64,000 nucleotides of DNA, taken from NCBI GenBank assembly GCA_964409595.1, contig CAYPDR010000018.1, positions 123,384 to 187,383 on the forward strand, in the 5' to 3' direction. Shown here piece after piece: positions 45,450 through 53,956 of the stretch. The DNA comes from an uncultured Dehalococcoidia bacterium (GTDB lineage Bacteria > Chloroflexota > Dehalococcoidia > Lucifugimonadales > UBA826). The stretch's first letter is position 1, and the number at the start of each line of letters is the position of its first letter. The notes beneath the pieces are model-generated. The model was not told the origin of the DNA, did not search any database, and saw nothing but the letters and a program-made list of their open reading frames with translations. The translations under genes and the position numbers were made by a program.

Positions 45450-47942
45450 CTATTCACATTTGTTGTATCCACAATCAGGGCAACTAAGACAGCCCTCTTG
45501 ATGAAGCAAATATCCAGAACATTCTGGACATTTAGCCCCACTTGGAGCAGAAGTTCCGTTTTCATTTTCACTACATTCGACAGAAGATGGAAACAATCCG
45601 AGCTGAGATGAGGTACCAGCCATCCGCTCCACACCCATCTCCTCCTCCAATAGATGCCTACTCATCGCCAAAGCAACAGCATCCGGCGCCGACCGAACCA
45701 AAGTACCTCCGTCCCAAGCAGGGTCACAGGTAATTCCCTTAAGTTGGTCAACTATCTGACCAGGATCTATTCCGGATCGCAAACCAAGTGAAGCAAGTCT
45801 CGCAATAGCTTCAAGATACGCAGAGTCGCAACCTCCTGCCTTACCAAGATGAGCAAAGACTTCGAAAGGATGGCCACCCTCATCAAAAGTCAGATTAACA
45901 AACATAGTTCCATGACCAGTACGCACCCTATCAGTGACACCTCTTACCGATACCGGTCTCTGTCGGGGAACTTTTAAATGATCTCCCTCATCAGTTTCAA
46001 CCTCTTTGGCATTACCAGTTTCAAGAACCTGCATAGACTTGGATCCATCTCTGTAAACTGTCACAGCTTTACAGCCGGTTTCCCAAGCTAATCTGTAAGC
46101 ATCTTTGACATCTTGTATAGAAGCTGAGTTGGGCAAATTAATAGTTTTAGACACAGAATTAGTTACATGCTTTTGCCAAATCGCTTGCATCTTGACATGC
46201 GCTTCGGCTGATACTTTCATAGCAGTACGATAGACCGCAGCGTCAAGACCGTGATCTCCTATGATCTTTTCCGCGTCATCAGGATTTTCTATGATTTGCT
46301 CCAAAACACGCTTCGCGGATTCCTCCGTCCCTAATGCCTCTTCCAGACTTTGAATAATTGAAGAAGGCGCATCGAGAAGACGGGAACTACTTCCTTCATG
46401 GTCTGTCCAAAGCACATTAGACCACCACGCCGTAGCGAAATGCGGCTCTATACCACTGGAACAACCAGCTATTCTACTGATGGTACCTGTTGGCGCGATC
46501 GTAATGACACTAGAATTTCTTACTGGGGGCATTCCCCATTGCTTGAGCGCTGAATCCTGATATTGAGGAAAAGGTCCTCGTTCTGACGCCACATTGGCTG
46601 ATTCATCCCAAGCCGTAGAATTTAGAAACTCCCCCAATTTATCCGCCAGATTCAAGGCTTCATTAGAATCATAGGGAATCCCCATGCGAACAAGCGCATC
46701 AGCCCATCCCATAACTCCAAGGCCAATACGTCTTGTGTCCAAGTTTACATTTCTCAATTTAGGAAGTGGAAAGGTGTTTACTTCTATCACGTCGTTTAGA
46801 AATCGGACCGCGGTGCGGGTTGTATCTTCCAAAAGCTCCCAGTCGAATTCACCACCGTTCACATGCAAATCCAGATTAATGGATCCTAGGCAGCAATTTC
46901 CATAGTTCTCCAGAAACTCTTCCCCACAAGGATTGCTGGTCTTTATCTTCCCCATCTGAGGATTGGGCGCAGTTTCCCAAACCCTATCTATAAAAACTAC
47001 TCCAGGATCGCCGGTTTTCCACGCTGACTCCGCGATTTCGTCCCAAAGATCCTTAGCCTTGATTGTCTTTATAACCTCGTTACTCGGACCATCACCAGTG
47101 TCCCGTGGACTAACCAAGGCAAATTCTTCGTCGTTATCTACAGCCCGCATAAATTCGTCAGTTATCTGCACAGATATATTGAAATTCTGCAAAGTGTCGT
47201 CATTATCTTTGCAATGTATAAATTCCTCAATATCAGGATGGGATATGTTAAGTTGACCCATATGGGCCCCAAGTCTGAATGCACCTTGCGTCAAAGTTGC
47301 ACCAACGGAAGAATAAAGCTTCATAACAGCTATCGGTCCACACGCTTGCCCATGAGTTGTAGAAATTTTGTCCCTTTTGGGTCTCAATCCCGACAAGCCG
47401 AAACCTATTCCGCCACCCCATTTTTCTATCATTGCAGCATCATTCGCCACCTGCATTATTGACTGTATATTGTCTTCTGGGGAGACGACAAAACAAGCAG
47501 ACAAACAACCTCTTCCAGTTCCAGCATTAACAATCGTCGGAGAGTTTGGAAGAAACTTCAGCGTTGACATTTTCTCGTAATATCGCATTTCATATTCAGC
47601 CTGCTTTTCCTCAGGTTCACCTAATGCGATAGCGCTAGCGATCCTATGGAAAAGACCCCGGGCATCTTCCAAAGGCTCGCCATCTTCATTTCTTCTTAGA
47701 TAACGCTTCTCTATTATGAATCGAGCGTTGTCCGAGAGGGAAAGGTTGTCTAATGAACCTTCATCAGTTACCTCTATATCCCCCTTCATTAAATTATTCG
47801 TTACAGCTGCAGCTACCTCGTCAGTTACTCCTGCACTTTCAAGTGCCCTTGCTAGTTCATTGATAACCCCATCTCTGCCTTGATTACGGCCGGATCTACC
47901 GGATATCATTTCTTGGGTCATACGCTCCGCTCCTGTATCCAT
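45450..47942 (-). CDS. nrdJ: adenosylcobalamin-dependent ribonucleoside reductase, class II
   Basis: 830 aa. The N-terminal ARFIIEKRYL, the active-site finger loop SNPCGEE, and a Cys-rich C-terminal tail CPECSG...CLSCPDCG. Confidence 0.92.
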   Translation of the reverse strand: MDTGAERMTQEMISGRSGRNQGRDGVINELARALESAGVTDEVAAAVTNNLMKGDIEVTDEGSLDNLSLSDNARFIIEKRYLRRNEDGEPLEDARGLFHRIASAIALGEPEEKQAEYEMRYYEKMSTLKFLPNSPTIVNAGTGRGCLSACFVVSPEDNIQSIMQVANDAAMIEKWGGGIGFGLSGLRPKRDKISTTHGQACGPIAVMKLYSSVGATLTQGAFRLGAHMGQLNISHPDIEEFIHCKDNDDTLQNFNISVQITDEFMRAVDNDEEFALVSPRDTGDGPSNEVIKTIKAKDLWDEIAESAWKTGDPGVVFIDRVWETAPNPQMGKIKTSNPCGEEFLENYGNCCLGSINLDLHVNGGEFDWELLEDTTRTAVRFLNDVIEVNTFPLPKLRNVNLDTRRIGLGVMGWADALVRMGIPYDSNEALNLADKLGEFLNSTAWDESANVASERGPFPQYQDSALKQWGMPPVRNSSVITIAPTGTISRIAGCSSGIEPHFATAWWSNVLWTDHEGSSSRLLDAPSSIIQSLEEALGTEESAKRVLEQIIENPDDAEKIIGDHGLDAAVYRTAMKVSAEAHVKMQAIWQKHVTNSVSKTINLPNSASIQDVKDAYRLAWETGCKAVTVYRDGSKSMQVLETGNAKEVETDEGDHLKVPRQRPVSVRGVTDRVRTGHGTMFVNLTFDEGGHPFEVFAHLGKAGGCDSAYLEAIARLASLGLRSGIDPGQIVDQLKGITCDPAWDGGTLVRSAPDAVALAMSRHLLEEEMGVERMAGTSSQLGLFPSSVECSENENGTSAPSGAKCPECSGYLLHQEGCLSCPDCGYNKCE

Positions 47943-48063
47943 ATTGCCCTCAGTTTCATCCCATATTTCGAACTCAGACGAACCTGAAGATTAACATATT
48001 TAGAACATTTGTGTCATTATCTTAGATGGGCCCGCTCTTTAATCTCACGTCAGAACGAAAACT

Positions 48064-48627
48064 TTAAGTACCAGGATTTGTTGCCCTTCGACTCGGCTTT
48101 CGACCCCTACGCCTTCTGCCTGAAACCGTAATCTCATCTTCATCTAGAAATGACAATTGGCTACTCTCTTCCTTTGGTTTAGACGGATCTAGCAGCGCTT
48201 CTACTTCTTCCCTAAAGCTCTCAATGTCTCTAAACCCTCTGTAAACACAAGCAAATCTTATATAGGCCACGCGATCTAGATCCTTTAGTCGATCCATGAC
48301 CAATTCACCAATCGACCGCGATGGAATCTCCGCCTTACCAGCATTAGAGAGTATCACTTCAATTTCGTCGATAACTTTGTCTATACTGCCTATAGGCAAC
48401 GGCCTTTTTGCACAAGCACTTTTCACACTAGCCCATAGTTTATCTCTGTTAAATTCCTCACGTCTACCGTCCCTCTTCGCAACCAACAAAGCACGGGTTT
48501 GAACCCTTTCATAGGTGGTGAACCTGAGTCCGCATCGCAGGCATTCCCTTCGACGCCGTATACTGTCACCGGAATCACGCGAATCAATCACTTTAGAATT
48601 TTCGTTGTTACAGTATGGACAGAACAT
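48064..48627 (-). CDS. nrdR: transcriptional repressor NrdR
   Basis: MFCPYCNN...RRRECLRCGLRFTTYE zinc ribbon followed by an ATP-cone. Start moved from ORF-track 48696 to ATG 48627 because NrdR proteins begin at the MxCPxC ribbon. Confidence 0.9.
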   Translation of the reverse strand: MFCPYCNNENSKVIDSRDSGDSIRRRRECLRCGLRFTTYERVQTRALLVAKRDGRREEFNRDKLWASVKSACAKRPLPIGSIDKVIDEIEVILSNAGKAEIPSRSIGELVMDRLKDLDRVAYIRFACVYRGFRDIESFREEVEALLDPSKPKEESSQLSFLDEDEITVSGRRRRGRKPSRRATNPGT

Positions 48628-48711
48628 TTGCCAGAAAAATACCACTTCGAGAAAACGACCGCAGCTGAACGTAAACCGCCTCAACCCACCACCCATCGTG
48701 TAATGCCTTGG

Positions 48712-48740
48712 AAGCTACACTACATATTGAGGTGTGTCAA
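48712..48740 (-). promoter_or_regulatory. candidate nrdR-nrdJ promoter: TTGACA - 17 nt - TAGCTT
   Basis: Minus strand: a perfect TTGACA (rc of 48735-48740), a 17-nt spacer, and TAGCTT (rc of 48712-48717). It lies about 80 nt upstream of the nrdR ATG at 48627. Confidence 0.45.
48717..48737. promoter_or_regulatory. NrdR-box-like palindromic element inside the promoter spacer
   Basis: ACACTACATATTGAGGTGTGT. The first 16 nt match the published NrdR-box consensus acaCwAtATaTwGtgt at about 13 of 16 positions, counted by eye. Confidence 0.35.
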
Positions 48741-49007
48741 CGCATCGCTCAAGGCTGTTTTGGAACTGGTTTTATCAGATTTACCACGACCCTCTAAGTC
48801 TCAGGCACAAACACTTTTCAGAGAGCGCTTCTGAAGGCGAAATCTTTAATAATAAAATTTAAGACCAGCACCACGTTACCAGATAACTCTTGCGATTATC
48901 CCGATAAATCAAACTACCTTTATTTCGGAACCCTTATGTCGGTTACCCAGAAAGAAATTACATAGAAGACCAATGATCTGTAGATCAAGCCTCCTACTTA
49001 GCTCAAA

Positions 49008-50135
49008 CTAAACTTCAGATTGTCCATTAAGACTACGTTGGCTTTGCCCTATTGAATATCCACCAATGTTTCTTCGAAGAAACGGAGGCACATCCAAAGA
49101 ATCTTCATTCCCTCCCACTCTCTCCGCAGCTGCAACTGTCTTTTCAATATCCCTTTGTATCAAAGTTTCATTAGTTGGAAACCCAGTTGCAATAATAGTT
49201 AACTTTATCTCATCCTCCATCTTGGCATCAGTAGTCATTCCGAAAATGATATTTGCATCAGGATCTACGACCCGTTGTATAACTTCCGCCGCTTGGTGCA
49301 ACTCGTTCAATTTGAGATCGCTTCCACCTGTAATGTTGAAAAGTACCCCAGAAGCACCTTCAATTGAAACGTCCATGAGCGGGTTAGTAATCGCCTGCTG
49401 AGCCGCATCTCTTGCACGAGATTCACCTGACCCCCAACCAATAGACATCCATGCAGGACCGGCGTCTCTCATAATACTCTGAACATCGGCGAAATCTAGA
49501 TTTATGTCCCCCGCGCTAGTAATCAGTTCTGTTATCGATTGAACACCCAATCTAAGTACATCATCGGCTAACCTAAAGGCATTTTCAGCAGTGACCTCTT
49601 CCTTTGCCACTATGCTGAGTCTTTCGTTAGGTATAACTAGCAAAGTATCGACATTATCTTGAAGTTTCTCTATACCTTCCTGAGCCTGCTTGGAACGCCG
49701 ATTACCCTCGAAGGAAAAGGGTCGCGTCACAACTCCGACCGTAAGTGCCCCAGTTTCTCTAGCTATTTCTGCTATTACGGGAGCAGCTCCGGTACCAGTT
49801 CCTCCTCCCATGCCTGCGGCAACAAACACCATGTCAGAATCTCTTATAACATCGTATACTTCTTCTCGGCTCTCTTCGGCAGAAGCAGCACCTTTTTCGG
49901 GATTCCCACCCACACCCATCCCCTGGGTAAGTTGTTCACCAATTCGAATGCGTGAGGGGACATCACTACCCATTAGCGCCTGAACATCTGTATTCATCAC
50001 AATGTAATCTACCCCGGACACTCGTTCTTTGAACATCCTAGAGACAGCGTTCGATCCTCCACCACCGATCCCGACAACTTTGATTCTCGCTACACCTTCG
50101 AGTTCCCTGCCATTTATCGTCATTTCGCCCTCCAT
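49008..50135 (-). CDS. ftsZ: cell division protein FtsZ
   Basis: IKVVGIGGGGSNAV, the GGGTGTGAAPVIA tubulin signature, and the C-terminal conserved peptide DVPPFLRR. The alternative start ATG 50123, behind GGAGGG, is plausible. Confidence 0.97.
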   Translation of the reverse strand: MEGEMTINGRELEGVARIKVVGIGGGGSNAVSRMFKERVSGVDYIVMNTDVQALMGSDVPSRIRIGEQLTQGMGVGGNPEKGAASAEESREEVYDVIRDSDMVFVAAGMGGGTGTGAAPVIAEIARETGALTVGVVTRPFSFEGNRRSKQAQEGIEKLQDNVDTLLVIPNERLSIVAKEEVTAENAFRLADDVLRLGVQSITELITSAGDINLDFADVQSIMRDAGPAWMSIGWGSGESRARDAAQQAITNPLMDVSIEGASGVLFNITGGSDLKLNELHQAAEVIQRVVDPDANIIFGMTTDAKMEDEIKLTIIATGFPTNETLIQRDIEKTVAAAERVGGNEDSLDVPPFLRRNIGGYSIGQSQRSLNGQSEV

Positions 50136-50151
50136 AGAGATGATTGGAATA

Positions 50152-51399
50152 TTAAGAGTTAAACACTCCTTTGATTTTGCCTATAAACCCCCTCGCTCTA
50201 CTAACCCCTGCCTTTCTGACACGCCCGGCTGCCACTCTATCAGCAACCATTTCTTGCCTATAGCCGTATAAGAGTATTCCTACTCCTGTTGAATACGCGG
50301 GGGCTTCCAACTCGTGAGCCATTCCTGACAGCCCATCAGGGGCCCCCATTCTTATACTGCAGTTAGGAATGAACTGCTGGGCCATATCAAAAAACCCGGG
50401 CAGCGTTGAAGCGCCTCCCGTCATGACAACCTGGGCATTAGTATCCTGTCGAATACCTGCCTCCTGCAGCTTGAGATCTACTAACCTAATCAACTCCAAT
50501 GTCCTTTCTCTCACGAGCTGACACAGATCACGCCTATAAACTGATGTAAAGGAATTTGAATTAATTACTGGTAGCCGCAGCTCTTCCCTCATATCCACGG
50601 ACGCAGGATCAGTATTGGCATACTTTAACTTCGCCTCTTCGGCGTCATGATACCCGGTATTGTAAATCGCACATATGTCATTGGTGAACTGGAATCCTCC
50701 AACTGGTATGACGGAGGTATAATCGATCGTACCTTTCTTAAAGACAACGATGTCTGTCGTTCCCCCACCAACATCTACTATAGCTGCACCCCGCTCCTTC
50801 TCCTTATGAGTCAAAATAGCCTCACTGCTAGCTAAGGGCTCTAGGACCATGGCTTTAACACTAAGTCCAGCACTTATCACCGCGGTTTCCAAATCCCTCA
50901 CAAAAGAGGAGCCTACGGTTACAACGTGGGATGTAACTTCGATACCAGAGGCATGCATGCCCGTGGGGTCCGTGATCCCATTATGACCATCCACTCGATA
51001 AGTTTTAGGCAAAGCGTGTAAGACTTCGCGTCCGACCGCAGCTGACCCTACTGAGACAAGATCCGGAATCCTATCCACCTCTTCCGACGTTATGACTCCC
51101 ATACCACCAACACTGTCAAAAGAATCAGTTTTGTTATCAAAACCTACATGAGAACCGGTGATCCCCACATAGGCATTTGTCACCGGAACATCGGTTTTTT
51201 CTCGAACGCGTTTGAGAGATTCTCTTATAGCCTCAGAGGTTAAATTAATATCTTCCACGTTACCTTTCTTGAGGCCCGCGCATGGCACAACGCTATGAGC
51301 CACTACTTCAGGAAGCCTTCCGTTAACTTTTTTTGCCACAATTGTGCAAATTTTGGTAGTGCCAACATCTATCGCGGTTATCACATCACCGGCTCGCAT
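50152..51399 (-). CDS. ftsA: cell division protein FtsA
   Basis: Actin-fold phosphate motifs AIDVGTTK and DVGGGTTD, plus VMTGGAS and a C-terminal amphipathic helix GFIGKIKGVF. Confidence 0.92.
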   Translation of the reverse strand: MRAGDVITAIDVGTTKICTIVAKKVNGRLPEVVAHSVVPCAGLKKGNVEDINLTSEAIRESLKRVREKTDVPVTNAYVGITGSHVGFDNKTDSFDSVGGMGVITSEEVDRIPDLVSVGSAAVGREVLHALPKTYRVDGHNGITDPTGMHASGIEVTSHVVTVGSSFVRDLETAVISAGLSVKAMVLEPLASSEAILTHKEKERGAAIVDVGGGTTDIVVFKKGTIDYTSVIPVGGFQFTNDICAIYNTGYHDAEEAKLKYANTDPASVDMREELRLPVINSNSFTSVYRRDLCQLVRERTLELIRLVDLKLQEAGIRQDTNAQVVMTGGASTLPGFFDMAQQFIPNCSIRMGAPDGLSGMAHELEAPAYSTGVGILLYGYRQEMVADRVAAGRVRKAGVSRARGFIGKIKGVFNS

Positions 51400-51448
51400 A
51401 TTCTTGTGTTCCCCCTATTAGCTCGCTCTCCGTTTTAGGCGCAGTCCT

Positions 51449-52495
51449 CTATATTCTCTCCGCTACTCTCAACTTAGCACTCCTACTGCTAGGATTCCTT
51501 TCAACCTCTGGCTGAGAGGGTCTCTTTACTCTCTTATTTACTAACTTAATCCTAGGTTCATGATGGCAATCACATATTGGAAGTTCAGGTGGACAGATAC
51601 ACAATACCGATTCGTCTCGAAATAAATTCTTCACTACTCTATCCTCTATCGAATGGTAGCTAATAACCGCTATCCTCCCTCCATTTTGTAACAAATTTAT
51701 GGCTTCCTTAAGCCCATGATATATATTCTCGATTTCCCCATTTACCGCAATCCGTAAAGCCTGAAAAGTCCTAGTTGCAGGGTGTATTCTCCTCTGCCCT
51801 CTACCAAGACAATCTTCAACTACTTTAGCCAATTGCGTCGTAGTCTCCAGAGGTCTCCGCGCCACTATAGCCGACGCTATTTTCCTCGATCGACGTTCGT
51901 CACCGAAACGGAATATGATGTCTGCTATATCTTTCTCCTCGTAACTGTTTACTATTTTTCCCGCCGTTAAGGAACCGGTGCCACTAAATCTCATATCCAG
52001 TGGTCCCGACCTCTTGAAGCTGAACCCTTTCAAGGGATCAGACAATTGCAACGAGGACAAGCCTAGATCCAAAACCGCCCCTACTACCTCATCTATCTGA
52101 GTCTGGATTGCAAGCACTCCCATTTCGGTATAAGTACCGTAGACAACTCTCGCCCTCTCGCCGAAGCGCAGCAGTGCACACTCCGAGTACTGAATGGCTT
52201 CTCTATCAACCTCTATGCCCAATAACGACATTCTTGGGTACTCATCCAACAAGGCCTTAGCGTGCCCCCCTAAACCCAAAGTTCCGTCTATAACCCATCC
52301 TGCGCCGCACGGCCCCATAGCCTCAACGACTTCCTCGACCATAACGGGAACGTGGATAGATCCCAAATGGTTATTCCCCACATTGCCTGACGGAGCCAGA
52401 GAATCCTGCCCCATGTTAAAATGCCGTTGCCCCTTCACCCATCTAAAGTAACTTAAGTCAGATACAGTGTCCCAATCCGGGGTGAGGCGATGCAA
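51449..52495 (-). CDS. rsmH: 16S rRNA (cytosine1402-N4)-methyltransferase
   Basis: HVPVMVEEV...DGTLGLGGHA...DLGLSS.Q...SYHSIEDR is the RsmH/MraW signature. The ORF-track TTG start gives an unusually long N-terminus, so the true start is probably internal (for example ATG 52414). Confidence 0.9.
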   Translation of the reverse strand: MHRLTPDWDTVSDLSYFRWVKGQRHFNMGQDSLAPSGNVGNNHLGSIHVPVMVEEVVEAMGPCGAGWVIDGTLGLGGHAKALLDEYPRMSLLGIEVDREAIQYSECALLRFGERARVVYGTYTEMGVLAIQTQIDEVVGAVLDLGLSSLQLSDPLKGFSFKRSGPLDMRFSGTGSLTAGKIVNSYEEKDIADIIFRFGDERRSRKIASAIVARRPLETTTQLAKVVEDCLGRGQRRIHPATRTFQALRIAVNGEIENIYHGLKEAINLLQNGGRIAVISYHSIEDRVVKNLFRDESVLCICPPELPICDCHHEPRIKLVNKRVKRPSQPEVERNPSSRSAKLRVAERI

Positions 52496-52551
52496 GGCGT
52501 TTAATGTTCCATTTTCTAGAAAGTTATTGAAATTTCACTGAGGTTACTTAT

Positions 52552-53073
52552 ATGTCGACAAACCTTCCGAGTTCTGAAAGAGCGTTCCGGTTTGGAATTC
52601 TAACTATCAGTGATTCTGGGGCAAGCGGCAAACGCGAACAAGACATTAGCGGAGACAGGGTTAGCCACCTCGCAACCTCCGCCGGATTGACCGAAGTTGC
52701 CAGAGAAATCGTCCCCGACGACCTTGAGGATATTAAGAAGATTCTTCGTGTCTGGTCCGATGAGGGCGAGTTGGACATTATATTAACTACAGGCGGAACA
52801 GGTCTTGGCCCAAGAGACGTCACACCAGAAGCCACCAGGGAAGTTATCGACATTGAAGTCCCAGGAATTGGGGAGGCAATGAGAATGGAGACCATTAACA
52901 TGACCCCATTTGCTATTCTCAGTAGATCCACAGCTGGAGTACGATCTGGGTGCCTGATTATAAATCTACCCGGTAGCCCAAAAGGAGTTGAGGAATGTTT
53001 AGAAGTGGTAATGCCTTCCTTAAATCATGGTTTAGAGATGATAAGAGGGTGGCGAACTCATTTGGATAGCTGA
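52552..53073 (+). CDS. mogA: molybdopterin adenylyltransferase / MoaB-MogA family protein
   Basis: ILTISDS... and TTGGTGLGPRDVTPEAT are the MoCF-biosynthesis (MogA/MoaB) signature. GAGG RBS. Confidence 0.8.
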   Translation: MSTNLPSSERAFRFGILTISDSGASGKREQDISGDRVSHLATSAGLTEVAREIVPDDLEDIKKILRVWSDEGELDIILTTGGTGLGPRDVTPEATREVIDIEVPGIGEAMRMETINMTPFAILSRSTAGVRSGCLIINLPGSPKGVEECLEVVMPSLNHGLEMIRGWRTHLDS

Positions 53074-53111
53074 GATCACACACTAAAACACTAAATTATA
53101 AAATGTGAATA

Positions 53112-53837
53112 ATGCAATTAAAATTCCACATTCTCACTTTATTCCCCAAAATGTTTAGTTCTCCGTTCGCCGAAGGTATAGTAGCCCGTGCGATGGAAAA
53201 CGACATTGTCGATATTTCAGTCCATGATATACGGGAACACGCAAGAGATAGATACCGATCAGTTGACGACTACCCTTATGGCGGAGGTCCAGGAATGGTG
53301 ATGAAACCGGAACCAATATTTGCAGCGGTTCAACATCTTCGAGACAGTGGTAAATCAAACGAGGGAGCGCCCATTATATTGATGACTCCTCAGGGCAGAG
53401 TTTTCAACCATGCCGTTGCCCAAGAGCTATCTGAATTCGACGAAATGATACTTATATGTGGACGCTACGAAGGGTTCGATGAGCGAATAAGAAATAATCT
53501 TGTCACCGATGAAATCAGCATCGGGGACTTTATCATGAGTGGGGGAGAGATCGCCGCGATGACACTCGTGGACACGGTTTCCAGGTTAATCCCAGGTGTT
53601 GTTGGTCAGGTTGAGTCAATAAAAAACGATTCTTTTTACAACGGTTTATTGCAATTTCCTCAATACACTCGACCCGCGTCTTTCCAAGGTATGAACGTAC
53701 CTGAAATATTGCTGTCTGGAAATCACTGTGAGATTGATCGGTGGCGGAAGGAACAATCTGTTTTGCGAACTAAGTCTAGAAGGTCCGATCTAATTCCGAA
53801 TGTTGTAGCTAAGGAGGGTACGGAAAACACACCTTAA
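53112..53837 (+). CDS. trmD: tRNA (guanine37-N1)-methyltransferase
   Basis: ILTLFPKMF, DDYPYGGGPGMVM, CGRYEGFDERI and SIGDFIMSGGE form the TrmD SPOUT signature. Confidence 0.92.
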   Translation: MQLKFHILTLFPKMFSSPFAEGIVARAMENDIVDISVHDIREHARDRYRSVDDYPYGGGPGMVMKPEPIFAAVQHLRDSGKSNEGAPIILMTPQGRVFNHAVAQELSEFDEMILICGRYEGFDERIRNNLVTDEISIGDFIMSGGEIAAMTLVDTVSRLIPGVVGQVESIKNDSFYNGLLQFPQYTRPASFQGMNVPEILLSGNHCEIDRWRKEQSVLRTKSRRSDLIPNVVAKEGTENTP

Positions 53838-53956
53838 CCTTTCTTGCCGTTGATCTGTTTAAAGCAGTACCATTTCCGAAGGTTTCGTTCCGACCGCATT
53901 CGCGAATCTGTTTTTTGGGGAAATTGCTATCGGTCAGAAAGTAGGAAACGACACTC

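Noticed and set aside
47991-48016. Second NrdR box between nrdR and nrdJ (minus strand ACACAAATGTTCTAAATATGTT).
   Set aside because: Only the ACAC edge and an AAATAT core match the consensus. Any 16-nt window gives a poor match, and there is no partner box at the expected spacing of about 31 bp.
48960-49007. Possible 22-codon hydrophobic mini-ORF just downstream of ftsZ (TTG after AGGAGGC, minus strand).
   Set aside because: The spacing between the SD-like AGGAGG and the TTG is only 1 nt, there is no ATG, and nothing else supports it.
53898-53907. Perfect 10-bp palindrome ATTCGCGAAT about 50 nt upstream of argF, as a possible ARG box.
   Set aside because: The half-site orientation (ATTC..GAAT) is inverted relative to the ArgR/AhrC consensus TGAAT-N4-ATTCA. 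About 60 perfect 10-bp palindromes are expected by chance in 64 kb.
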